Shown: positions 1 to 8,465, counted from the stretch's first letter. The stretch: DNA of 33,515 nt from Promethearchaeota archaeon (GCA_048938445.1 JBHLME010000044.1:1-33515); one strand, 5' to 3'. Notes: a model not told the origin generated them from the letters alone. Made by a program: numbers and translations.

Positions 1-956
1 TTAGTATTATCTATTATTAATTTCGATTTAGATTCTTTAATCAAGGTTTCAGTCATTTTAACATTAGGATCTTTTTCTACTCCAACAGTCATAGAAAAAC
101 CTTGAATAATATCTATAAGATTCCCTTCATATTTACGAGAAGAAAATGCTTTGACAGCTCGAAGAATCCATTCACTACTCATGCGGCGTCCAGCAATTTT
201 AAAATTATTAATTCCGATATCTTCATAATGGGATAAATCCTCTGGACGTACCCAACGTGCCTTGATTACTTCAGTTGGATTTGAAAATTTGATAGCACTG
301 CAATTTAGTATGCAAGAATCTAAATAATAGCCACCTAGTTGGTGAGAATATTGAGTGGAATGTCCGACAATATTATAATGATAATATCTAAAGGGACATT
401 GATATAAGCAACCGTCAGTTAAAAGTAGAACAATATTACATTTTACTGCTTTTTTAATTTTCTTCAAGGTCTTGAAATCGCGATTAATCATCACATCCGG
501 AGTAATCTCATCTGCACCCAGCGCTTCATAAAATTTAGCTCGATTTACACTATTGACATGAGCAATAGTAGAAACACGAATTTTCAATTTAGGAAACTGT
601 TCCTTAATGAGCTGAATTAAAAAGGGAATAGTCACGATTACATTATCTGTACCAATATCACTAATCCATTGAATATAGTTTAACAATTTTTTATGATACT
701 CCGCATCATATTCCATATTACCCATACAGGGGGCATTGAGTAAATAAGAGAATTTCATATTTTTCTCGTGAACCCTTTTTATATATTCCTCAATTTGTTC
801 TTCTGTAACTTCATTTAGCAAAAATGAAGGGCGTCCATGACCAACGAACGAGAATTTTCCTACCCCATATATATCTTTGACAGGGTACTTAGCTAATTTA
901 TCTATGAGTTCAAAGTCCCAATTTGTTGCAACACATAACTGGATTTTTATCACCAT
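1..956 (-). CDS. Peptidase U32 family protein (UbiU/UbiV/TrhP/RlhA superfamily Fe-S hydroxylase-like), 3' end truncated by window edge
   Basis: Absent from the ORF track (no stop in window). Manual translation from ATG at 956: MVIKIQLCVATNWDFELIDKL...GHGRP...FSYLLNAPCMGN...VTIPFLIQLIKEQFPKLKIRVSTIAHVNS...GADEITPDVMINRDF...GCLYQCPFRYYH...SCILNC...WVRPEDLSHYEDIGINNFKIAGR; open for 318 codons. The STxAxV, IxRD, WxRPED and FKIxGR motifs plus the Cys cluster fit U32. Confidence 0.88.
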   Translation of the reverse strand, partial: MVIKIQLCVATNWDFELIDKLAKYPVKDIYGVGKFSFVGHGRPSFLLNEVTEEQIEEYIKRVHEKNMKFSYLLNAPCMGNMEYDAEYHKKLLNYIQWISDIGTDNVIVTIPFLIQLIKEQFPKLKIRVSTIAHVNSVNRAKFYEALGADEITPDVMINRDFKTLKKIKKAVKCNIVLLLTDGCLYQCPFRYYHYNIVGHSTQYSHQLGGYYLDSCILNCSAIKFSNPTEVIKARWVRPEDLSHYEDIGINNFKIAGRRMSSEWILRAVKAFSSRKYEGNLIDIIQGFSMTVGVEKDPNVKMTETLIKESKSKLIIDNT

Positions 957-986
957 TATCTATTTTTAAGAATCTTCTATATTTAC

Positions 987-1376
987 TCATTTTTGAATTG
1001 TTTTAGTATGGGCTTTTGCATTAAGCGGCAATAATGGAGCACAAGCCATTAATTTACTCATATCGCCTTCAACTACATAAGTTCCCGCCATTGTTGCTTG
1101 GATGGGATCAGATTCACCAGAATTAACTTTTTTAATAGTGTCAAAATCTGTTTTATGGATGATTTTTGGGGTATCATCTCCTGAATATTCACCCATTCCC
1201 CATCTCATCTTGTCTTTTTCAACAAATTGCCAGTAATTCATCTCAGGTCTATCAGTTATTTCATATTGAAAAACTAGTGGCGCGATGGGTTCTAATAATG
1301 GAGCTAAATCTGGTAGCTCATTATAGGCTTTCATGAAACGTGTAAGATATGCTTCCCATTCTGCTTTTGTATCCAT
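987..1376 (-). CDS. SCP2 sterol/lipid-binding domain protein (UbiT/UbiJ-like fold)
   Basis: C-terminal SGESDPIQATMAGTYVVEGD matches the SCP2 signature (G.xDP..A.M.G...vEGD). Start placed at ATG 1376 because GGAGGT lies just upstream; the track starts at 1394. Confidence 0.8.
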   Translation of the reverse strand: MDTKAEWEAYLTRFMKAYNELPDLAPLLEPIAPLVFQYEITDRPEMNYWQFVEKDKMRWGMGEYSGDDTPKIIHKTDFDTIKKVNSGESDPIQATMAGTYVVEGDMSKLMACAPLLPLNAKAHTKTIQK

Positions 1377-1626
1377 TTTATTTTTTACCTCCATTCCTTT
1401 TTGGAATTGTGAATAATTTTCAATAATTATTGGATCTTTAATATCTAATCATTTATCTTTTACTTTCTTAGCTATTAATTCTATACCATAAAATAATGAT
1501 ATAATATAACTAATATCTTCATTATTTATGAAGCGTAATAGTTCAATATTATCTTCAATCAAGAAGTTCATACTTTACGTTTACCCTATTTCAATTTTTT
1601 AGTAAAATATCATAAAAAAATATTTT

Positions 1627-2799
1627 TTAAACATAATAATCAATTCCAGCTTTACAGCCCATTAATAGAAAGTCTGCCATAGTTCCATTATAATCATTTT
1701 CAATCTTGTAATAAAGACCATTTTGCGTGAAAGTAACTCCCCAGATAAACTTTTTTTTTTCACTTTGAAGTGGAGTTTTATCAACAAACTTTTTTATGAT
1801 TGGATGCAAATGTACTGGAACCTCACTATAATGGTCGCATGTTATGCCAAAACATAGACGTTCGATTCTCTCTGAATCCCAACTAAAAGTATAATTAAGA
1901 TGCGCAGCATCAATACATCCTTCCATAACCTCTTTAGAAGCTATTTCAAATCCTAAATCTTCCACAAGTGCTACACAATTCTCGTAAGCGGCTTTTGAGG
2001 GTCTCTGAAGCATGAAATAGATATTAGTCGTATAATTAGAGAAATCAAAAGCAAAAAGACTGAATATATTCAATCCATGTTTATCGAAGTAATCCTTGTA
2101 TTTTCTCATGCTATTTGGGATATATTTCATTGAGAAGATTGGGTCAATCGTTCCTGGAACGACAAAGGGCCAGATTTTTGATAATCCAATCCTAGCGTCT
2201 ATATCAACTCCATAACCCATTATATGAAAAGTTTCTTGTACTTCTCTCATCATTTTATGAATGGGGTGTCCATTTTTTTCAATTAAACCTTCATTAATAG
2301 CAGTTGTATAAGGATCTGGATCATGAATATGCATCAATTCCACATATCTTACTGAAACATCTCTTTTTTCGACTGGCTTGGTCGTTGTTCTGATTGATAC
2401 AGGGGATCCTATATAGAATTGACTATAAAGTTTTAATGCTCTCCATATAGCCTCATCATTGCATTTTATTCCTGTAATTTCACAAAGCTTCTCTATGTCT
2501 TTAACCAGCTGATCAAGATTTGTATTGCATTTGAAATTGGAGTCTACTTTAGGTAAGTATCTATCGTAAGGAATCCCAAAAGATTCAAGATCCTCAATCA
2601 TCGTTGGTTGAAAGGCTGGGGGTGTTACTTCAAACAATGCAACAACGAGATCTACCTCTGCTACCATTTTTCCCTTTCGTTCTGCGCATTTTTTTTCGGC
2701 TGCTTCAAGAAGTGCTGGTTTTACTACGGGTCTTACCATTTCTGGAATTTTTGAAACCATTCCTTCAAATAAATCTTTAATTTCTCGTTGCCATTCCAT
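1627..2799 (-). CDS. ABBA-type aromatic prenyltransferase (PTase_Orf2; CloQ/NphB/AmbP-like) fused to an N-terminal DUF2621/PCP_red-like helical domain
   Basis: PT-barrel motifs in the expected order: IRTTTK, VRY, DPY, GHP, YGVDIDARIGLSKIW, HGL, D-x5-NIYF, TFSWDSERIERLCF, VPVHLHPIIKKF, YYKIENDYNGTM. The first 82 aa are shared with three neighbouring proteins. Confidence 0.88.
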   Translation of the reverse strand: MEWQREIKDLFEGMVSKIPEMVRPVVKPALLEAAEKKCAERKGKMVAEVDLVVALFEVTPPAFQPTMIEDLESFGIPYDRYLPKVDSNFKCNTNLDQLVKDIEKLCEITGIKCNDEAIWRALKLYSQFYIGSPVSIRTTTKPVEKRDVSVRYVELMHIHDPDPYTTAINEGLIEKNGHPIHKMMREVQETFHIMGYGVDIDARIGLSKIWPFVVPGTIDPIFSMKYIPNSMRKYKDYFDKHGLNIFSLFAFDFSNYTTNIYFMLQRPSKAAYENCVALVEDLGFEIASKEVMEGCIDAAHLNYTFSWDSERIERLCFGITCDHYSEVPVHLHPIIKKFVDKTPLQSEKKKFIWGVTFTQNGLYYKIENDYNGTMADFLLMGCKAGIDYYV

Positions 2800-2915
2800 T
2801 TTATATTAAACCTGCTAATAATCTTCATTTATTTTATTTTTTAAAATCGTTTTATTTGACATTTACTCTTTTTAATTTTTCTGTAACATTGATTAATTTA
2901 TTTATATTAAACCAT

Positions 2916-4085
2916 TTATTTTACTTCCAATCCTGCTTGTGCTCCCATCGATAATAGTTCTATCATACTCTCTGTATAATCATTTTCAACCTTGAAGAAA
3001 AGACCTTCACGAGTGAAAGTTATGCTATAGATAAATTTTTGTATTCCAGTAATGGTTGGTATATTTTCAACAAATTTCTTTATTAATGGATGAAAATTTA
3101 CTGGAACCTGCCTCTTTTCATGGCATCCAATTCCAAAGCAAATACGCTCAACTCTATCTGTATCCCAGCTGAAAGTATAGTAGATCGTCAGGGCATTGCA
3201 GCATTTATTCATAACTTCGGGCGAAGATAATTCAAAACCTAGTTCCTTGAGCAAATTTCCATATTTTTCAGGGGTAGCCTTAGATGGATCCTTAATCATG
3301 AAGTAGACATTGATGGTATTATTCAAAAAATCAAGACCAAATACACTAAAAACGTTAAGTCCATGTCTTGTGAAATAATCTTTGTGTTTCTTGATACTGC
3401 TTGGGATTGTTGACATTGAATAAACAGGTTCAAATGGACCTGGGACAATGAATGGCCAGATTTTTGATAATCCCTTCCTTACGTCTAAATCTACGCCCCA
3501 GCCTAATATTTCGAAAGTGGATATGATCTCATTGAACATCATGTGGATTGGCTCCCCATTCTTTTCGATCAAATCCTCATTAATCGCTGTCGTGTAAGGA
3601 TCTGGATTATGGGGAATCATATGCTCTAAATAACGCACCGAAATGTCTCTTTTTTCTTTTGGTTTTGTTGTTGTTCGAATAGTGACTGTCGAACCAGTAT
3701 AAAAATCCTTGTAGGCATTTAATACCTTCCAAATCGCTTTTTCATCGCAATTTACTTCGATAAGTTCCCCGATTTTTAAGATTTGTTCAACCAATTGTTT
3801 TAAATCTGTATTAAATTTATATGTACATTTTATTTTTGCGAGATATTTATCGAGATCAACACCTAAACGGATTAAATCTCCTTTCATCATATCTTGAAAA
3901 GCTGGTGGTGTTACTTCAAACATTGCAATAACGAGATCCACCTCAGCTACAGCGTTTCCATTTCGCTCCATACATTTTTTTTCAGCGGCTTCACGAACAA
4001 CAGGACCAACTATTGGTCTAACTGTTTCTGGAGTTCCAGCCACAATTTCTTCATAAAGTGTTTTCACTTTTGGTTGCCATTCCAT
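2916..4085 (-). CDS. ABBA-type aromatic prenyltransferase paralog 2 with the same N-terminal module
   Basis: Collinear paralog of 1627..2799 (IRTTTKP, DPDPYTTAINE vs NPDPYTTAINE, GLSKIWPF, YTFSWD, ERICF, KVENDY). Start reassigned to ATG 4085 (MEWQPK, GAGGT upstream); the track start at 4229 overlaps the upstream gene. Confidence 0.88.
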   Translation of the reverse strand: MEWQPKVKTLYEEIVAGTPETVRPIVGPVVREAAEKKCMERNGNAVAEVDLVIAMFEVTPPAFQDMMKGDLIRLGVDLDKYLAKIKCTYKFNTDLKQLVEQILKIGELIEVNCDEKAIWKVLNAYKDFYTGSTVTIRTTTKPKEKRDISVRYLEHMIPHNPDPYTTAINEDLIEKNGEPIHMMFNEIISTFEILGWGVDLDVRKGLSKIWPFIVPGPFEPVYSMSTIPSSIKKHKDYFTRHGLNVFSVFGLDFLNNTINVYFMIKDPSKATPEKYGNLLKELGFELSSPEVMNKCCNALTIYYTFSWDTDRVERICFGIGCHEKRQVPVNFHPLIKKFVENIPTITGIQKFIYSITFTREGLFFKVENDYTESMIELLSMGAQAGLEVK

Positions 4086-4128
4086 TTTCCTTTTTACCTC
4101 CTTTATCAATTTTCTTTTAATTTTTATT

Positions 4129-5541
4129 TCAGTTTTGATATTTAGCAAATTGAATTTGGCCCATTTCGTTAAATCCTTCTGGATTATTAAGGCCAATTCC
4201 CGGTGCGAACCATCTAGGATTGCTTTCACAATATTCTCTTACTATTTTAAATAGGTCCATTTCTTTGATCTTAGGAGAGATATAAAATTTAGGTTTGAGC
4301 AATTTTTCTTCATTCGAAATTATACCATCTCTTTCAGCAATTAATTGGAGAGGTGTATTAGGGTAGATCCTCATTCCAATAAAAATAACTACATCATTAT
4401 CTCCTTCCCACACCTCTCCCCTATAATTCTCTACAGCTTCTAAACGATTAAATGAAGCTCGTACGGTTTCAAGAGTTTCGCCCGGCCCTCCTATAATAAC
4501 ATGAATTAATTGCTCAATTTCTAACTCAATACATTTCATTGATGTAAGGATAGCATCATCTGGAGTTCTATTTTCCTTAATATTTTTCAACATTTCTTCC
4601 GATAAGGATTCAAAACCCGTATCCAGATGAGTAGCACCGCTTTCTTTCATGAGAGGCAATAAATCAACGAATTGCTTATTTGGATCGTAATTTGCCCCCC
4701 ATTTTAATTCGAATTTACGTTTTATAATTTCTTGGCATATCTCTTTTAGATATTTGTAATTTAAATTGAGAACACCATCAACAAAAAAAATATTTTTAAT
4801 TCCTAAATTATTTACAATGAAATCAAGTTCATCAGCTATTTTTTCGGGAGATCGATATCGAACGGTTGAACCTTCTATATATCTATAACTACAGTAGATG
4901 CATTTATGAGGACAACCTCGTTTTGTTTGAATATTTCCCCATATGGCACCTGTTTTATTCATACAATAGATATATTCATCATTATCCATCAACTGCCTGG
5001 CGGGGATTGGCAAATCATCTAAATTTTCCACGCGCCATGGTGTTCTTTGATGATAATTTCCCTTTCCATCTATAAAACAAATACCTTTTTCTATTTTTCT
5101 CGGATCATTATCATTCTTAAGATATTTCAAAATTTCAGCAAAAACGTATTCGCCATCACCAATAACACCAATATCGTGGTTTAAATCATATAGAATTTCT
5201 TCTGAAAAAATTGAGAAGCCAGCACCACCTAAAACTATTGGAATTTCAGGTTCTGCAATCTCTTTAATATATTGAATGATACGTTTTGTGGGTAAGTAAA
5301 AAAATAAATTTGCAGGATAAGTTGTTGAATCAATATTACGAATAGAAATACCAATTAAATGAGGATTAAAATCATCTATTGCTTTTGAAATATCTTTTTT
5401 GGAATCATTACTTAGAGTTAAATCCCTTAACATTACTTCATGTCCCTGAGAAAGAAGATAGGAAGCTAAATATGCTTCTCCTATAGGCGGGACCATGACA
5501 TGAACTAATTCTCGACTTCCAGAAAATATTAACACTCGCAT
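4129..5541 (-). CDS. B12-binding domain radical SAM enzyme (class B methyltransferase-like; resembles the lipid-biosynthesis B12/rSAM subgroup)
   Basis: PPIG, GISIRNID, LGGAGFS and GDGE in the B12 domain; TKRGCPHKCIYC; MRIYPNTPL; C-terminal LLKPKFYISP. ATG 5541 preferred over GTG 5550. Confidence 0.88.
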   Translation of the reverse strand: MRVLIFSGSRELVHVMVPPIGEAYLASYLLSQGHEVMLRDLTLSNDSKKDISKAIDDFNPHLIGISIRNIDSTTYPANLFFYLPTKRIIQYIKEIAEPEIPIVLGGAGFSIFSEEILYDLNHDIGVIGDGEYVFAEILKYLKNDNDPRKIEKGICFIDGKGNYHQRTPWRVENLDDLPIPARQLMDNDEYIYCMNKTGAIWGNIQTKRGCPHKCIYCSYRYIEGSTVRYRSPEKIADELDFIVNNLGIKNIFFVDGVLNLNYKYLKEICQEIIKRKFELKWGANYDPNKQFVDLLPLMKESGATHLDTGFESLSEEMLKNIKENRTPDDAILTSMKCIELEIEQLIHVIIGGPGETLETVRASFNRLEAVENYRGEVWEGDNDVVIFIGMRIYPNTPLQLIAERDGIISNEEKLLKPKFYISPKIKEMDLFKIVREYCESNPRWFAPGIGLNNPEGFNEMGQIQFAKYQN

Positions 5542-5586
5542 TATATTCACATCTTGATTGTTTGGAATTTAATACCCTTTTATTAT

Positions 5587-6981
5587 TCATTCAATTATTA
5601 ATTCTTCTCGAGAAGATTCTACCTCATGTTCATGATCATTTTCATGCCAGCAATACGAAAATGAACCAAAAATATCACCAGTTTCACATTCAGCATGTAC
5701 ACGGCAACCACCACCACAATAATTAAGATGATGACAAGATGCACATTTTCCAGTACGCTTCTTCCTATCACGGATATCTTTAAAAAGCTGGGAGTTTAAT
5801 ACATCTTCAAATTTATCTACTAAAGCATTACCAAGTGTTGTTTTCGTTGGATAACCACATGGATAAATCGTACCATCCACGCCGACACCCATCATTGTCC
5901 TGCAAGCCAAACATCCTACTCCCCATTCAATTGAGGCTAATTCTTTATCATCTTTTGGCCATTCCATGAAAGGCGTCATTTCATAAATTTCATAAATAGG
6001 TAAAATACCTGCTTCACCCTGCCTGATTGTTTCAATAGCATGCCTATATTTAAAATCATAAAGTTTTTTGTATTCTTCTTGACTTAAACCAATTTCATCC
6101 CAATATTCAGCTGCTCGATTTTGTTTAACCACTGCCCTAAAAAATGTTTCTGCGCCCCATTTTTCTGATAAAGCTCTAAGTTTATCTAACTCATTAATGT
6201 TTTGCTTCATTATGGTTATTGATGTACATACAAATAAACCAAATTTCAAACAATTTTTTATTGCCTTCTCAGCATATTCTAATGAATTAGAGAATCCACG
6301 AATTTCATCATTTTTCTTTGGATCAGCACTTTCAAAACTGACAAATACATGACTCAATCCATTTTCTTTGGACATTTTAGCGAAATTCTCATCAAATCTT
6401 ACTCCATTAGTGATTATAGAATGGATATACCCCCTTTCTTTACAAAATTTCATAATGTCGCTAATATCTTCACGTAAAGTAGGTTCACCTCCGAACCATA
6501 TGTAGCATCCGTGTTTTCCCTGTTTTTGCAATCCTGTTTCCAAATTTTCTATAATTTGACACCATTCTTCCGTAGAAAGCTCGGGTCGAGGAACTTGGTC
6601 ATCTGCGGCACAATGTAGGCATTTCATATTGCATCTATCAGTAAGATACATCGCAAAATGTACATTACCTGGATGGAAGGCTTTAATTATACTCTCCCAA
6701 GTAACCTTGATTCGATCCAATATCTCTTTGAGTTCAATATATCTCTCAACATCTACTCCTAATGATGTTAAATCTTCAACCATCGTTGGTTTAAATGCTT
6801 CAGGGGTTACATCAAATATCCCTGTTATTAAATCGGCTTCATTAATATAGGAACCATTACGTTCATTGCATTTTTTTTCTGCTGCCTTAATTAACATCGG
6901 TTTTACAGAAGTACGTATTGCTTCTGGAATTTTTTCTACAATATTTCCAAATAATTCTTCAGTTTCTTTTTCCCAATCCAT
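5587..6981 (-). CDS. Radical SAM/SPASM-domain enzyme with the shared N-terminal module
   Basis: CNMKCLHC, GGEP and ITNG; SPASM motif GCLAC...DGTIYPC...KCASCHHLNYCGGGCR...YCW. Confidence 0.9.
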   Translation of the reverse strand: MDWEKETEELFGNIVEKIPEAIRTSVKPMLIKAAEKKCNERNGSYINEADLITGIFDVTPEAFKPTMVEDLTSLGVDVERYIELKEILDRIKVTWESIIKAFHPGNVHFAMYLTDRCNMKCLHCAADDQVPRPELSTEEWCQIIENLETGLQKQGKHGCYIWFGGEPTLREDISDIMKFCKERGYIHSIITNGVRFDENFAKMSKENGLSHVFVSFESADPKKNDEIRGFSNSLEYAEKAIKNCLKFGLFVCTSITIMKQNINELDKLRALSEKWGAETFFRAVVKQNRAAEYWDEIGLSQEEYKKLYDFKYRHAIETIRQGEAGILPIYEIYEMTPFMEWPKDDKELASIEWGVGCLACRTMMGVGVDGTIYPCGYPTKTTLGNALVDKFEDVLNSQLFKDIRDRKKRTGKCASCHHLNYCGGGCRVHAECETGDIFGSFSYCWHENDHEHEVESSREELIIE

Positions 6982-6993
6982 AAATTCTCACTT

Positions 6994-8361
6994 TTATTTA
7001 CAATTTTCATGTATATGGTCATCTTCATGCCAACAGAAAGGAAGAGATGCTAGAAAATCTCCTGTTTCGTTTTCTGCATGACATCTACAACCACCACCAC
7101 ATAATTCAAGGTGATGACAAGACGCGCAGCGCCCCTTTATTTTTCTATCCCTAATAGCTTTGAACATTTCAGATTCCATTATTTCATTGAAATCTTGCTT
7201 CAGAACATTACCTAAGGTTATCTGGGATGGATAATCACAAGGAAAGAAATCTCCATTGACATCAATGCCAGAGACTGAACGACATGCTTGGCATCCTACA
7301 CCCCATTCTAATGCAGTTCGTTCCTCATCATTGAGAGGGCATTCCATGAAAGGTACCATATCATAAATAAGGAATTTATGAATGCCGCTAACTTTCCCTT
7401 TTCTTATTGCATCAATAATTCGACCATATTTGAAATTATAAAATTGTCGATATTGATCAAGATCTAATCCAATTTCATCCCAATTTATATCAGCAGATCG
7501 TTGCTTAATGATAGCTCTGAAATAAGGTATCACACCCATAGATTCTAATCTATCTTTTATTTCATTTAACTCATCAAAATTATCTTTCTGAACTGTTGCT
7601 GTACAAACGGTAAGATGGCCATATTTCAATGATAATTCAATAGCTTTCTCAGCTGCTTCATAAGCTTTCGGAACGCCTCTAATCTTCGCAGCTCTTTCAG
7701 GATAAATACTATCATAGCTAATAAAGACATGACTCATCTTAACATCTGCACATAATTTCGCTAGATCCTCATCAAAAAGCATACCATTTGTAGAAACAGC
7801 TTGATAATATCCTTTTTCACCACAATATCTTATTAAATCTCTAAGCTCTTTGCGAAGTGTAGGTTCCCCCCCAAACCATATATAACAACCTCTCCTACCA
7901 CGTTTTCGTAATGTCTGTTCAACATTTTCGATGATCTGAATCCATTGTTCTTTTGATAATTCTGGACGGGGTTTCAACACTGAAGCTCCACAATGTTGGC
8001 ATTTCTGGTTGCATCGATCAGTTAGATACATTGTGAAATGATACACTCCGGGGAGAAAGGCTGCACCAACATCATCCCATGAACGAGCATGAGCTTTCAT
8101 AATTTCTGATAACTTTATATATCGGTCAGTATCTATTCCTAGGTTTTTCAAATCATTGACTACGGTTGGTTTAAATGCCTCAGGTGTTATCTCAAATAAT
8201 GCGGACATCAAATCGTCTTTACTTACAAATCGAGAATTCCTAAGCCTTGCGGTTTTTTCCGCAGTTTCACGCAACATCTGTTTAACCGCATTACGAAACG
8301 TTTCAGGTACCTGATCCGTGATGTTCCCATACATTTGTTCAATTTCATTATTCCATTCCAT
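6994..8361 (-). CDS. Radical SAM/SPASM-domain enzyme paralog with the shared N-terminal module
   Basis: CNQKCQHC, GGEP and STNG; SPASM motif GCQAC...NGDFFPC...RCASCHHLELCGGGCR...FCW; collinear with 5587..6981. Confidence 0.9.
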   Translation of the reverse strand: MEWNNEIEQMYGNITDQVPETFRNAVKQMLRETAEKTARLRNSRFVSKDDLMSALFEITPEAFKPTVVNDLKNLGIDTDRYIKLSEIMKAHARSWDDVGAAFLPGVYHFTMYLTDRCNQKCQHCGASVLKPRPELSKEQWIQIIENVEQTLRKRGRRGCYIWFGGEPTLRKELRDLIRYCGEKGYYQAVSTNGMLFDEDLAKLCADVKMSHVFISYDSIYPERAAKIRGVPKAYEAAEKAIELSLKYGHLTVCTATVQKDNFDELNEIKDRLESMGVIPYFRAIIKQRSADINWDEIGLDLDQYRQFYNFKYGRIIDAIRKGKVSGIHKFLIYDMVPFMECPLNDEERTALEWGVGCQACRSVSGIDVNGDFFPCDYPSQITLGNVLKQDFNEIMESEMFKAIRDRKIKGRCASCHHLELCGGGCRCHAENETGDFLASLPFCWHEDDHIHENCK

Positions 8362-8465
8362 TTTTTACATCTTATATTGATTTTTTAAATATATATTAAG
8401 AGATAAGTTATTTTTAAGTATAAATAACAAAATTAATCTAATATCGTAATTCATACAAAATTTTA

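Noticed and set aside
1-1376. Naming these genes ubiU/ubiV and ubiT
   Set aside because: The Cys spacing differs and no other ubi genes are visible; the analogy is functional, and orthology is not established.
4086-4229. 48-aa N-terminal extension of PTase 2 in the ORF track
   Set aside because: It overlaps the upstream rSAM gene; MEW at 4085 aligns with three paralogous starts and has an SD.
3894-7081. Short plus-strand ORFs 3894-4145, 4866-5075, 6629-6850 and 6866-7081
   Set aside because: Antisense shadows of well-supported genes, with no motifs.
1627-8361. Chlorophyll/protochlorophyllide or heme synthesis, suggested by the PCP_red-like module, BchE-like and NirJ/Ahb-like similarity
   Set aside because: No tetrapyrrole genes are in the window; these are superfamily-level resemblances only, so no gene symbols were assigned.
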